From Glycera tridactyla (Eukaryota), in the NCBI GenBank assembly GCA_965644265.1, contig OZ286464.1:13268001-13332000 (forward strand): DNA of 64,000 nucleotides, written 5' to 3'. Under the pieces are notes generated by a model. It saw nothing but the letters and a program-made list of their open reading frames with translations, was not told the DNA's origin and searched no databases. Both the position numbers and the translations under genes were made by a program. How positions within the stretch are numbered: position 1 is the first letter of the stretch; the number at the start of each line of letters is the position of its first letter. Of this stretch, positions 46,330 through 58,530 are shown in pieces.

Positions 46330-48858
46330 CGTTGAAGTACGTTCACGTCAGATACATTGTGCGTCAGGTTCATGGCTGCTATTCGCCTGTTTCGGAGAGA
46401 TTGTTGTAAGAATTTGAGATAGAAATGGCATCATCTTTAGCCTTGTCTCGCGCATTGAATATTGGGAAACTTCTCTTCGGTCTCCGATAAGCGCCCTCAT
46501 TCGATTCCACCGGAGGTACTGAACTTGCCTGTTGCGATGCACCTACGGTAGATGTCACCTTGTTCGGGTCTACACCTGCGCTGAGTCTGGATTTTTGGGC
46601 TTCCATCCAATTTTGGAAAAAAGCCTGCTCTTTACTACCTGTCGGTTTTGGATGCTGAGTAGACTGTTTTGTAACGGATTGAGATTGATTTGCCGATATG
46701 TTTTGACCATTGACCTTACCATCACCTTTCACCTTGGTCTTGTCCTGACCTGCATGCGACTGGGTTGGGTGGTCAGGTTTTGCTGTTTGGCTTGCGTTGG
46801 ATGTCGAAGCCCCTCTTTTTCTCGAAAGACTCCTCCCTCTGTGTTGTTTTTCACGTCATTTTTCTTTTCTTGGGGCTTGTGCATTAATATCTCCCCTGTT
46901 TCTTCGCCCGATTGTCTTGCCTCCTCTTCTTTCGTATCTTCTTTTGCGTTTTGCTGCAGATCTCAGTCAGTCGCAGCAGCAAAAAGAGGGGGATTTTTTC
47001 ATTCTTTTTGTTTCTTGCCGCAAAGATCTTCCCATCGCGTGTCCACACACTAACCAAAGTACCCGCCGACCAAGCTTCTTTTACGCGCGAGAAAATTTCG
47101 TATTCGCGTGGGGTAAGCTGTTCTCAAAAAATATTTTAGAGCCTTTGATGTTCCCTTTGCAAATTAATATTTGTTTGCGGATATTTGCATGTGCAAATCT
47201 AATTCGTATTGCCCTTGGTTTTCCGTCCTTCGGAAATGGTCCAAATCGTGACACTTGGACGATGTCATCTTTCGTAAGTGCAATGCTTGTCCTTTCATTT
47301 ATCACCAATAGGACTTGATCTATTAGGGTGGTCTCTTTAATATATGGGAGACCATCCAGCATCAGTATGTAGAGGCGGTCATTCTTCTGTAGCTGATCGA
47401 CATTGTTTTCGCTAGAGTCCGCCCTGCCATCTAGTGTTTTTATTGACGATTCGTTTGTCGTGACGCGGGACTCTATCGCAGTAACTTTGTTTATCAGTTT
47501 CACCACTGTGTCTTCCACATTGTCAGGGATCATCTCAGTGTTGCGCGTGTGTAGTTCTGTCTTTATTTGTTCCATTAGATGGTTAGTTTTTAGGTCGGAG
47601 TCCTCGAACTGCTTGTAATGGGAAGTCACTGATTTTATCAGCTCATTCATACCTTCTAGCAAGTCCTTGGAAGGTGTCATGTTCAATTTTGCAGTTTCAA
47701 TTGAGTCATCAACGTAGTTCTCCACTGCATCCTGCCACTCCAGTCTAAAAGCACTCATTTCAGCGGCTACCTTCCGAGGTACATTCTCCGAAAGGTAGTT
47801 TTCACAAGATGTTTTGACTGCTGTCCCTGAGATCTCGTCCATTGATCCTAACTTGTTGTCAATATTATATTTGAGTGCTACCTGTTTGGACTCGATCATT
47901 ATTGGCACATTTTCATCAACATACCGTTTGCAGGCTTTCGTTGCTATGTCGTGCATCACTTCCTTGCTGCCATTGAAGGGTATAATCTCGTTGTTCAGTT
48001 GACCCTTGACCTCACTCGACATTAGCTTTTTAAAGTCATTGGTATGAGTAAAGTTTTTAAACATTTTCTTCATCACATCGATCATTCAGGATCGTCTTCG
48101 AGTTCAACAGGATCATTCGGATTTTCAAGCTGTAGAGTTAGCCACTTGGAAGGGGATGAATCACTCGATAGCCTGGAGCAATGTGGGGTTGAGACGGTTT
48201 GTTTGATTGTTTGACTGTCATGTCTGGTGTCATTGACCTCTTGCGCACTATGTTCCTCGCTTTGTATAGGGAGCTTTTCACTAGTCTCGCTTCCTTGGTC
48301 CAACTCAATATGTTCTATTTCCTGCCTGTCTTCGCTTTTATCCAGAAATGAGCCTTCCATGACCTCCTCTGCGTATTCTATGTCGATTCCTCCCGAGCTT
48401 TCTCCTGCCTCGGGCACACTAGTTATGTTTAGGTTCTCGCTAACGCGACCATCCTCGCTACCTTTACTTGTGACCGATGACGAATCCCTGCTATCAATTT
48501 CTAACGAATCTCCATCCTCTGAGTCACTGACATCGCGTTTCGAATCGGAATCACAATTTGATACTGCTGGCGTGTGTTTGTCAGTTTGTAATGTTTGTAC
48601 AGGGACGTTGAGACTATCACTATCTCCGAAGGGATTGACTTACTGTTTAATTTTGCAAGAATGTTTGTCGTTGCCTACCTCCAGCTCGGTCGACGTGCTC
48701 GTTCCTCCCTCCTCGGCCATTTTGTTTTTCGAACTACGCAGACCTGTTCGTTTGTTATCCTTCGGTATTGCCGCTCCATCAGTAATTCCAGGATCATGCA
48801 TCTACTTCTGTTTATTCTCTAATCCTTTAGCCGTCTTCTTGCTGTTTTGTGATGCCAT
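46330..48858 (-). pseudogene. LINE ORF1: acidic N-terminus, coiled coil, RRM, CTD
   Basis: ATG 48858; DQLQKNDRLYILMLDGLP..SRFG..RAIRIRF (L1-ORF1-type RRM), then VWTRDGKIF; stops and frameshifts. Confidence 0.85.
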
Positions 48859-48945
48859 ATTCTACTTCAGCCTCAAGAAATGAGTCGATGTTCCCGGGAG
48901 CTCTTCGCTACCGCGTCTTACTCCATACGCATGCGCTTCCGCATC

Positions 48946-49355
48946 GGGAAATCAGAAAGCTTTTGGTAATGCAGAACCATTTGCAAGTTGGCAAGTAGGT
49001 TTCCAGGTAGAAGAGTTAAGCACTCCCGGACTCAAACCAAACCTCCCAGTGAAGAGTCAGAAGGAATCAAGAGGTTGTTGGAACAAATGGAAGTTCTCCA
49101 AAGAAGATTGAACAGAGGAGTACCCTGAAGTCATCACCAGGCAAGTGTCTCAGATGTAGAGCCGGCAATCACATGAGTTGGGAATGCCCAAAGCAAAATA
49201 CGACTCCACCTACCAGCTCGGTAAAATCCATTTGTTTCTATTGTCAACAACCGGGATATTTCAACAAGTTTTGTCCGAAGAAACAACAAAACAGAGCACA
49301 ATCCCCATCGCCAAAGAAGTCGGGAAGCCGAGACTCGGGAGGTTCGAGAAACTGA
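48946..49355 (+). pseudogene. gag: Gypsy gag 3' part with two zinc knuckles
   Basis: Continues KTAS|GNQKAFG across the TSD; CLRCRAGNHMSWEC and CFYCQQPGYFNKFC. Confidence 0.85.
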
Positions 49356-49534
49356 GATTGATTGGTTCTGAGGGCCAAGACCCAGTCATTCAGCGAAAAA
49401 AAGGCCAAACTGTGAATCTTGTGACCGGTGAATCTCAAGGAGAGAATAAACCAGATTCCATCGAAGTTTGTACAACACCTCAGTTGGATTCAGGGTCTAC
49501 TAAGATTCTAGAGGTAGTTTTCAGAGAATCTAGT

Positions 49535-50452
49535 GGAGTATCTTTGGGACTTGCAATGAGAATAGATGGATGCAGTATTTTCGGTATTGTGGAGAGTTTG
49601 GCGCAGTTGACAGTGGTAAGTACCAAAGTAACACAATGTTATCCATATCATTCAAGATCTGGAAGCAATCCGACTTCAGAATGCACAGTCGAACAGCTAC
49701 ATGAATGGTTGGATAATGCGAGAGGCAACATAGGAAATTGTAGGCAAAACATTCCAGTGGGATGTGGTCATAGCAGATATATCTTATGATATGTTACTTG
49801 GATTAGATTTCGAGCGAACTCACAAGTCAAAGTTGGAACTTGAACGCAATATTGACATTCTGGATGATGATACATTTCAAGCTATACTCAAGCGAGATCC
49901 TGTGGGAATAGTTGCCATGTGAGTCAAGTGACAGCGTCCAGGAAAATTGTGTTCCCATCCAACTCAGTCATGATAGTGCCAGCCTGTCTGCAATTTCCTG
50001 CAAATTGTGACTTTGTGTTTATACCTGATTCAGAGACTTCGCTGCTTTTGGCACATGCCGTCATCTCTGGAGCAACCAGCAAGATTCCTATCGATCTTAT
50101 GAATGTTAATGACCATCATATAACTCTCAGATCTGGTTTTGTAGTAGGACGAGTCTAGGAGATACATGCAAATGACGATGAGCAAACATCAGCGGTGAAT
50201 TCTGTTCATGCGGGAAACATGGCTGCTAGGCAAGGCACTGCGCAAAATACCTCAACGAGGTCAACCTAAATAAAGTCTGAGTTCAGAATGATTCTGAACG
50301 ATCTCCAGTTACTGCTGAATATCAGTCAGAAGTTACTGAACATTTAGAGAAATTGTTTGGAAAATCAACATCCGGACTCAGACCTGAACAATCTCAAGCA
50401 TTGGCTTAAGTATTGTGTGAGTGTGAAGATGTGTTCGCGATCCATGATTTGG
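49535..50452 (+). pseudogene. Degenerate Gypsy aspartic protease and pre-RT linker
   Basis: IDGCSIFGIVESLAQLTVVS (decayed D-T-A-A-x-V-T-V-V-S); the linker ends CEDVFAIHDLG, just where RT normally begins. Confidence 0.6.
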
Positions 50453-50998
50453 GAATTTTCAGCAGTGCAACATCACAAAGCTGTCGCCATCGGAGAGATG
50501 GGTTTCAAGCTGCCCGCTGAAGATTTCTGGCAACAGTCGTGAGTGGTGGTCCGGCAGTTAAAATTGGCAGTCCGCCTGAATTTGCCAATCGTAATCCATT
50601 GCCAGGGAGAGGGCAGTTATGACTCCATCTTGCCTCTGCTTCAATCCCATGTGCCTCCATACATGAAGGTGCTGGTGCTTTCGTCTGGAGGCACCAAGGA
50701 AATCGTCAGACAGTTTAAGATCTACCCAGAGGTGAAGTTTAGTCTAAGGGGCCTTCTGTTCCAGAATGTTCCAGGCCTGGGGTAGGCCGTTCAGTCCGTC
50801 GAGATCGACAGAATCATGCTCGACACCGATGCACCTTTCCTGGCTCTTCCCAGAACTGGCCATCACATGAACCACCCCTGGAATGTCTTCCAAGTGGCTG
50901 AGAAGGGTCGATCAGGTGAAGAACATTTGTTCTTGACTGGTGGTCGAGATGGCCCATCGCAATGTGGCCACGTTTTTGGCATCTTAACTCCACTTTGA
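50453..50998 (+). pseudogene. TatD-family nuclease domain, N-terminally truncated, two nonsense codons
   Basis: AVAIGEMG, QLKLAVRLNLPIVIHC, IMLDTDAPFL, NHPWNV; ORFs 50357, 50543 and 50816 are in one frame. Confidence 0.88.
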
Positions 50999-51847
50999 GG
51001 GACTGGTTCTTGCCAGAAACTCCTGAATAGAATCTCTGGATATTCCAAAACTTTGGTATATTCATTTGAAAGTATGTTGTTTTCTTCCTTGGCTGCCAGA
51101 GAATTTGTATATATTTTGACAAGTTCATTTGTGTATGATTACTTTGATTCGGATCAGGGAAACTGATATTGTGTATCCTGGAGATCGTATTGCTCTTGGA
51201 GTCATTTTGATGATGAGCAGGGAATTTTTCCTAATAATGATCCACTGGAGTCTGCTAGCACGGCAGTTGGGAGCTGGGTTTATTTTGCTGGGCTTTAGTT
51301 TGTCATTTAGTTTTCTGTGCTCTATCATAATGACGTTTGATGATTCCCACCAGTTAGAAATGAAAGTGAGTTAAAGAAAAGAAAAAAAGTTCTGGTTAAT
51401 TTTGTCTGATACCATAGTGAGCGGTGTGATCTAAGCAGTGTGTCTTCAGTTTTATTTATTTCACTGGAGTAGAGGTTCTCCAGATTACTTTCATGTATTG
51501 ACGCAACACAGTTCGAGAGATGGATGAAGATCATTGTATTTTCAATTTTATCTATAGATTCTGAAGTATTCAGAATATTTGAGATTTGGGATCATGATTA
51601 TGATTATCAATATTGTGATGTTTCAGTTTGCTTGGCTGGAATAACTTTTTAAAAGGGGGGGGGGGGAGGGAGTGTGTTAAAATTGGATTCTTTTCAAGAT
51701 GTTCGGTTCTTGCCGGATATCGTGGAGAGAAATAATACCCTCATCCTTACAAAGAGATGTTCGATAATGTATTCTTTCAAAGGACAGTTTCGCTACAAGA
51801 ATCTAGGTGTTTATCTTTCACTGTCACATTCTGCTGTTACAGTTATT

Positions 51848-52110
51848 TCATGGAATTTGCCATGTACTGTCTGATAGGTCAGATGAATAATTCTTTGTAG
51901 TCATGGAATTTGCCATGTACATTCTGGAAGGTCAGATGAATTATTCCTCGTAGCCATGGAATTTGTCATGTACATTTTGAATGGTCAGATAAATTATTCC
52001 TTGTGCTCATGGAATTTGCCATGTACATTCTGAGTGGTCCGAGGAAATATTCGTGGTATTCATGGAATTTGCCATGTATATTTTGAGTGGTCAGGGGAAT
52101 TGTTCCTTGT
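51848..52110 (+). repeat. 53 bp tandem repeat, five copies
   Basis: TCATGGAATTTGCCATGTA-type units start at 51848, 51901, 51954, 52007 and 52060. Confidence 0.92.
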
Positions 52111-53263
52111 TCACAGATGTGATAAAGTCAGTTTATAGTATCTTGGTGATTTTTTCTATTATCAGATTTTCCAGCTCCCTTTGTGAATACAGCTCGTTTT
52201 TGAAATAGGGAAGTTTAGATTTTCGGGCTAGCACCTGTGCTAGATGGGGTCCCAATTCGTATTTCATCTAGAATTTGAGAGATGTGTGTTCGCTCGGGAG
52301 ATGTGCGCTCACACTGTTTGGATTGAAATGTCTCGACAGTATATCTGGATAGGTGTTCCAGGTTGGTTTTAAACTTGCTTTGATATTGTTCAGACTCGGT
52401 CCAGGAATATTGGAGTTTCAAACTTTTTTATCAGTACTAGTAAGTAATTCCAATTGAGAAGATTGGTGGTGAATAAGATGTATTTTCCACTGCGTTGCAT
52501 CGATAATTTGTTTGGCATTTTGGGTAGAAGCACCGATAGTGGTTCTACATACTTAGCAGTTCAGCCTGAGGGAATATATTCATGGATGAAACCTCTCCTG
52601 CTGTGTTCGATTCTGGCCGGAGACGTTTGGAGAGATTTTCAATTCGATTTCATCTGTTGAATGTTCAGTCAGTCAAGAATATCAAGTTGATAGAGAGTGT
52701 TTTTCCCCAAATATTAGTTTGGGGACCTCTTCCTTGGTCCACCAATTGGACTCACAACAAGATTATGGACACCAACTATCATCCAAACCTGGGAATCAAG
52801 AGTTGTTCTCACCAACAGATCGGATCCCAAAGTAGCCTACAGTCCATAATCATGGAAAGAATATAGTCAACAAAAACAGAGTTTCTACGGATTCACAAAT
52901 ATCCTCCCAGCATTGTCAACTGGAGTGCAAGTTGATCGTTGGAATAGCAGAAGCACTACGGATACGGAGAACATCTACTCCACAAATTCACCTGGAGTGC
53001 ACTCAAGCTCACCCAAGTCACTGATAACAAGTCTGGATTGCTGGGAATGTTACAAGACATCACCGTCAACTGGGACCATGAAATTAACAGACTGAGAAGA
53101 CTTCATCTCCGCCAACAGATTTCAAGATTCCAAGTAATGCATCAAAAGGATAGCGCCTTCACCAAACAGGACGTTTGACTAGGTAAGGTGAGAAGACATC
53201 ACCACCGTCAACTGGGATCAACGAAGAGATGTTCCCCAGCAGCAACCATAATGGAGGAGGCTA

Positions 53264-53276
53264 AAACAGGGAGGAG
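53264..53276 (+). promoter_or_regulatory. Polypurine tract
   Basis: AAACAGGGAGGAG directly before the TG start of the 3' LTR. Confidence 0.6.
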
Positions 53277-53510
53277 TGAGGCGACTCGCGCACCTCTGTT
53301 GGGACTCGCACGTGACATCTTGGCGGGACGGACAGAGTTAAAGTGGACAGCGGATGGTAAGCACGTATCCCTGAATATCCTTGCATATCCAAGCAGATAG
53401 CTCTCACATTTGACATGATTTAGTGTGTATCCTTCATTGTCATAATATGTATTGCTGTCGCAATGTGTTACTGACCTGAACTGTATGTATTATTTATGTA
53501 GAGCACGATA
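53277..53510 (+). repeat. 3' LTR
   Basis: Starts TGAGGCGACTCGCGC; aligns to 36735-36893 joined to 37166-37250. Confidence 0.8.
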
Positions 53511-54019
53511 ATTTGTGTAATATCGCTCACCTTACCGGTGATTCCAAGTCAAATCCAGCCCTTCTCAACATGGACTACAAGATTGATTCCTTCTTAGTTT
53601 TCGATTCCTCCATTTTCTTGGACTTATCATCTTTCGTTCGATCCCCTATCCCATCTCTAGGCTTCACTCCAGAAGGCATTTTGGAAGGTTAATTCGTGCC
53701 GCTGTGTCCTGTGTCACTACTCGCTACGCGCCATCATGTGTCGTTTGAATTTCATCACATTGATGATATTTATGATGTAGCCAATGCCGATGCTACAGCC
53801 GAAATGAGGTATTCTGATTCCTCAGCTGAGGCAAGGCGGAAATGAGTTTTTGGGATCTGCTCCTACCGATTTTTAATAGAAGTATATCTAGTAAGAAATT
53901 CCCTCTCCATGGAACTGTGCGATCGTCAACCCCTTACAAAAATGTGGTCCAATTGATGACCCTATCAATTGTAGGCATATGTTAGTCCTCCCGACCTATG
54001 GAAAGCTACTGAAAAGAAT

Positions 54020-54800
54020 AACACATGCCCAGTGCTGTGAATACTTAATCCATACGGTTTGATAAGTAATAGCCAGTCAGGTTTAAGTAGTAACCAGTCC
54101 ACTGTGTCTTGCCTCATTGATTCCTCGCATGCAATATATATGGTAATGGACAGGAGCAAGCGAGTGGGGTGGTTTTTGTCACTGTCAATCATGTGTTTTT
54201 ACTGGACAAGTTTGCTTCCATTGGCTTCCGCCGCATGGCTGTCTCTTGGTTCAGTTCCTACTTGCAGGACAGATACCAAGCTGTAAAGCAGAATTCTGTT
54301 CTCATTGATTTTAGGAATGTTGAATGTGGTGTGCTCCAAAGTTCTCTCATGGGGCCACTTCAATAATTTGACTACAGCAGCCCTGCACAGTAGTATCTAT
54401 GTCTATGCCTATGATACAACAATCCTAGCAACAGGCGCTTCTACTCAAGAAGTGATAGCTAAGCTCTCCAGTGATTTACTCTTGGTTAAGAACTGCCTTG
54501 TCAATAACAAACTGAGCCTTGATATGAAAAAGCCAAATACATGATTTTCGGTACCAATCAGAAAATTGCATCTGTTGAGAATGGTCTATTTCTACCTGAC
54601 TTGGAGAAAGTATCGAATTTTCGTTATTCGGGTGTCAGATTGGACCAAAGTCTCACTTTCAACAACCATGTGGGATATATCTGTCGCAAGGTTTCATCAC
54701 GCCTTTGCATCCATCGTAGACCGCGTTCCATCATTGACAAAAACTCGGCCTTGTATCTGATGAAATCACTCGTATTGCCCTGACACCTTATTCACTAATT
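54020..54800 (+). pseudogene. Decayed L2/CR1 reverse transcriptase fragment
   Basis: TVNHVFLLDKF..WFSSYLQDRYQ..CGVLQSSLMGP, YAYDT (YADD), NNKLSL, FRYSGVRLDQSLTFNNHV. Confidence 0.85.
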
Positions 54801-55707
54801 GTATCGAAGTTTGTCTTGGCTGTGACTATCGCACGTCTACATTAAGTTTATTCTCTGAATCAAACCTGTTTGCATTAGCAACCCTATGTGACCTACATAC
54901 AGTATGTGATTTGCATAAAATCAGTACTGGCAATTGTGCAAATAATTTCAAATAGATTCCCAATGATACTTCCAGACTGAGTGCGAGAAACACAAGGTCT
55001 TCCCCTAATCGGAATTTGATCATATCCCGCTAATATCTGCATGTCTGAACGCTGGACTATTTTGAGAGTTGAGCAAGAAAATTCTACTCGCCAGGTATAA
55101 CATGAGATTGCATTCACTGTGGCATTTTGGTATGGATAAGCCATAACGATCTTGGTAATTTATTCAGGTAAGATGTCCAGGGCGTACCCTTTGCGTAACT
55201 AGCGTGAATCCGGCATATTTGGAGCTCTGATGAGAAATGTACGAGAGAGTTTCACCGATATTACATTTCTGATTGCCGGAGATGTCGACAAAATCTGTCA
55301 ACCAATTCCATTGCAATCTGATACGAATTTGCGATTCTATTGCGCAAAACGTAATCACCAGGATTGAACTTGACCGTTCTCAGTCAATTATCATTTCTTG
55401 GCATGTTGTTTCCACATCTCAGCTCAACACTGGGAGGGGGGGGGGTGTCACATATTCCGAGGCTCCGGTAAAGCTTCATGATCACTGCATACAATAGGTG
55501 GCACTCAGTGTTCAGTCCTGTGTAGTGGTCACCTATCCCATGACTAGTTGCAACAGCAGCTCCTTAGTAATTACCACTACATGCAGTTTACCTAAAATGA
55601 CAAGGATTCTTTTGATCAGATGAATTTCGGGCGAAGGTATATTGCAGTGAAAGTGGTAGCGAATGTGAATGCTACAGAGGATCAGTGAGAAATGACTTCC
55701 TACATAC

Positions 55708-57912
55708 CAGAAGCAATGCTGCCATCTGCAAGGGTGAAGAGGATGATGGGTATGGTGTGGCATCGGGCCCCATCAAACTCTACTCTCACATTACTAGAGT
55801 ACATCTTGACGTCAATGCTTTGAAAGGATCCCACATTGGCAATCCACAGCTTGCTGAGCTGCAGGTATCCACTTGACAGCTGGATGCACGTGGCCGCCGA
55901 ACAGTCAACCAGGGGCTGCAGATCCAGCCCCTGTACCCGCCCCTCTCCCGCCTTCCACTCACGAATTGATATCAAGTCTGAAACCCAGAAATCGATGAGT
56001 TAAAGTGAAATCAAATCTCTATGAAGACTGCCTTCGGCCACATGAAATTGGCCTTCATAGGGAGGTTGTCTTTTCAGAGAGGTCATTCACTGTTGAGAAT
56101 AATACCATGGTCGGAGATGAGTGTGGCCTTCATGGAGAGGTGGTCTTTATAGAGAGGTTGTCTTTAGAGCAGGTTCGACTTGATCCTTCTTGGAATCATA
56201 ATATCTAATAAACCTACTGTATAGACACCTTCATTCGACATCTAACCCACCGAGCTGAGGGGATTCTCCCAAAGTAACAGCATTCAGCTTGCTGAATTAT
56301 GTGTTTCACCCACCGGATGAGGACATTCACATTCATATCTCTGCAATATACGAAGCTCAACTGGATCTTCATCTTACCTGCGTATACTTCGATCTCCACG
56401 AAGCCAGCATTACTGCTGTAGGGATCTCCATGCACTGTTTCCGCATACAACTGAAGTGAACTACTGCAGATTGGTGGGAATGGAGGCTCATCCCATCGCA
56501 ACCCTGATGGATCGCTGGAGGATTGACTTATGCCTTGTGCTAGAGTCACCTGTAAGATCAAGCAAATGAGTGTCATGCTCTGTAGGTGTCGACAGAGAGG
56601 TCGAACCCATGGGTGGGCTCTCAGTATGGAGAGAGATATATATAGAGAGGGAGAGAGATTGAGAGAGACAGAGAGACAGAGAGACACAGACAAAAAGAGA
56701 GAGTGAGGGGGAGAGATATATCGAAAGATAGTTGATTGAGAGGGAGGGGTGGGAGGGGGGGGGGGGTGGCTGATGCGCTCCACGAGTCCCGGGTTTTGCC
56801 TGCATAGACTGCTAGTTGTTGATACATTCTTAATGACATCTTACTCTGAACCTAGCCCTAACTAAGCCTATACCTAACCCCAAGGCTCTCATCTCAAACC
56901 CTTCCCATGGAAAAATATTGGTCCAGACATTCAAATCTAGGGCTTCTGAATTGCATACAACCCTGGGATGATAGTAAATGTATTTGTATATGGAAGGCTG
57001 AATGAAGTATGAGATGATATGCATCCATGGATGGATGGCAAGATGCATGCCATTCACAAATAAGAATGTCTCAATGGATGGATCGATGGAGGGATCGCAG
57101 AGTGGATGTAGGAGTCAGTGATTGGATGGATGAATGGATGAAATGATGGATGGCTATGTCGTACCCAGATTTCCGATCCATCACCGGATGTGATCTTGGT
57201 CAGCTGAAAGCCATCTAATGGAGTGGGGCGTGACATCAAACGAAGACCGCTGATAGAGTAGGTACTGTTGAACTCCAGTTTGATCCAGGAGCCTATCCCT
57301 TCACTCTGTGATGCCCATTCGCTCCCTATTACTGCTTCACCATCGATAGCATTCTCACAAACATACTGTGGATTAAAATGCGAGCTTGCAGAGCAAGTTG
57401 TCCCAAATGTAGACCTGGCAATATTGCGAACAATGCACCGACCTGCAATGGGAGGAATCATTAACAGATAGATAGATGGATGGATGGATGGATGGATGGA
57501 TGGATGGATGGATGGATGGATGGATGGATGGATGGATGGATGGATGGATGGATAGATAGATATTACTATGGGGGAGAGGGTTGGTAGGCAGTGGATAGGT
57601 CAGAAGTTCATGGAAACCATATGAAGTATTTGATATTATTGCTTTTTCCGAATGTGTTCTTTATTTTACATAAATGGAGCAGGAACAAACCTTTTTAGTA
57701 TATATCTTATCTTTCTACACAGCAAATGCTGGAGAGTCAATTTGGAAATTCTATCCTCCTCTCCGGTTGAACAGATGTTTTCAATAACAAGATCCCTGAG
57801 ATTGATGTCAAGATCTTCAATTGATGGTTAACAAAATGAGTGAGAAAGACTGAAGCTGTTTACCAGATACTGCCAGAAGAGACACGGTGAGGAGTTGTAG
57901 GAATATGTCCAT
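55708..57912 (-). CDS. Spliced host gene for a secreted protein with an F5/8 type C (discoidin/galactose-binding) domain; exons 57912-57864, 57442-57165, 56549-56378, 55977-55708; probably continues further
   Basis: All GT-AG with compatible phases 1, 0, 1. Exon 1 encodes signal peptide [16 protein letters not shown]; then [27 protein letters not shown]. Confidence 0.85.
56005..56182. mobile_element. Tc1/pogo-type MITE (right end) in an intron
   Basis: GTGGTCTTTATAGAGAGGTTGTCTTTAGAGCAGGTTCGACT is a near-exact reverse complement of the end at 58483. Confidence 0.7.
57475..57560. repeat. (GGAT)n microsatellite in intron 1; a degenerate copy lies at ~57075-57150
   Basis: Direct reading. Confidence 0.95.
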
Positions 57913-58482
57913 AGTGCTTGCTGCCCGACCTGAGTATGGCACCTTCTCTGTGCAGCAGCTCGCCACAATCTACCTCTCTGCTAACTGCCTGGGCAGGTAT
58001 AGAGGGAGACCTGCCTCTCTTGTGGCATTACCATGCCAGACTGGATCAATACTTATTCATAAACCACACACCAGTTGCTATCAGGTTCTGTCACAGATAC
58101 AACTATTACTCCCCTGGTTGACTATTAATATATAGCTAATAAACGTTCATGAAAGCCAACGACTCTCTGAGTTTCGCGATGTCCTGCTGATTACCGGTGG
58201 ATGTCCATATCAAGATCTGATATCATTTTCATTATGATCATCGAATATCAACAATCGATACCATCATCATATGCACATCTGATACCGTGGTCATGGGGTA
58301 ACATCATGACCAGCATTCCTGCTACCAGATATGATTACTTAATCATCTGAACTTAATACATTTTCACGATCCGTTGGGGTCACGGGAGAATATCACGAGA
58401 AGGCTGGCTCACTCATGGTAACTGCATGGCTGACACAAATAGATACGGAATCGTCCCTAGCGGTGGTGGCTTCAGAGAACAG

Positions 58483-58530
58483 TACAGTCGAACCTGCTCT
58501 AAAGACCACCTCTCTATAGAGACCACATCT
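58483..58530. mobile_element. MITE left end (same family)
   Basis: TACAGTCGAACCTGCTCTAAAGACCACCTCTCTATAGAGACCAC. Confidence 0.65.

Larger units (their letters stand above)
39301..48940 (-). mobile_element. Full-length CR1/L2-like LINE with an extra esterase ORF
   Basis: TSD GCATC (39296-39300 and 48941-48945); 3' AATAAAG plus (TATTTG)n tail; 5' end GGAAGCGCATGCG..AAGACGCG..GAGCTCC; ORF1, APE and RT present. Confidence 0.9.
36735..53510 (+). mobile_element. Decayed Gypsy-type LTR retrotransposon (Gag, protease remnant, TatD; RT/RH/IN absent)
   Basis: Homologous LTRs at ~36735-37250 and 53277-53510, PBS-like TGGTG after the 5' LTR, purine tract before the 3' LTR, Gag capsid motif and two CCHC-type knuckles. 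Confidence 0.85.

Noticed and set aside
46532-48883. Long + strand ORFs (46532, 46797, 48227) and similar antisense ORFs over Maverick and RT genes
   Set aside because: Antisense shadows of real coding frames on the other strand.
55164-55358. Alternative exon DFVDISGNQKC..TQR for the host gene
   Set aside because: It would need a 37 nt intron to reach the next frame; splice model unresolved.
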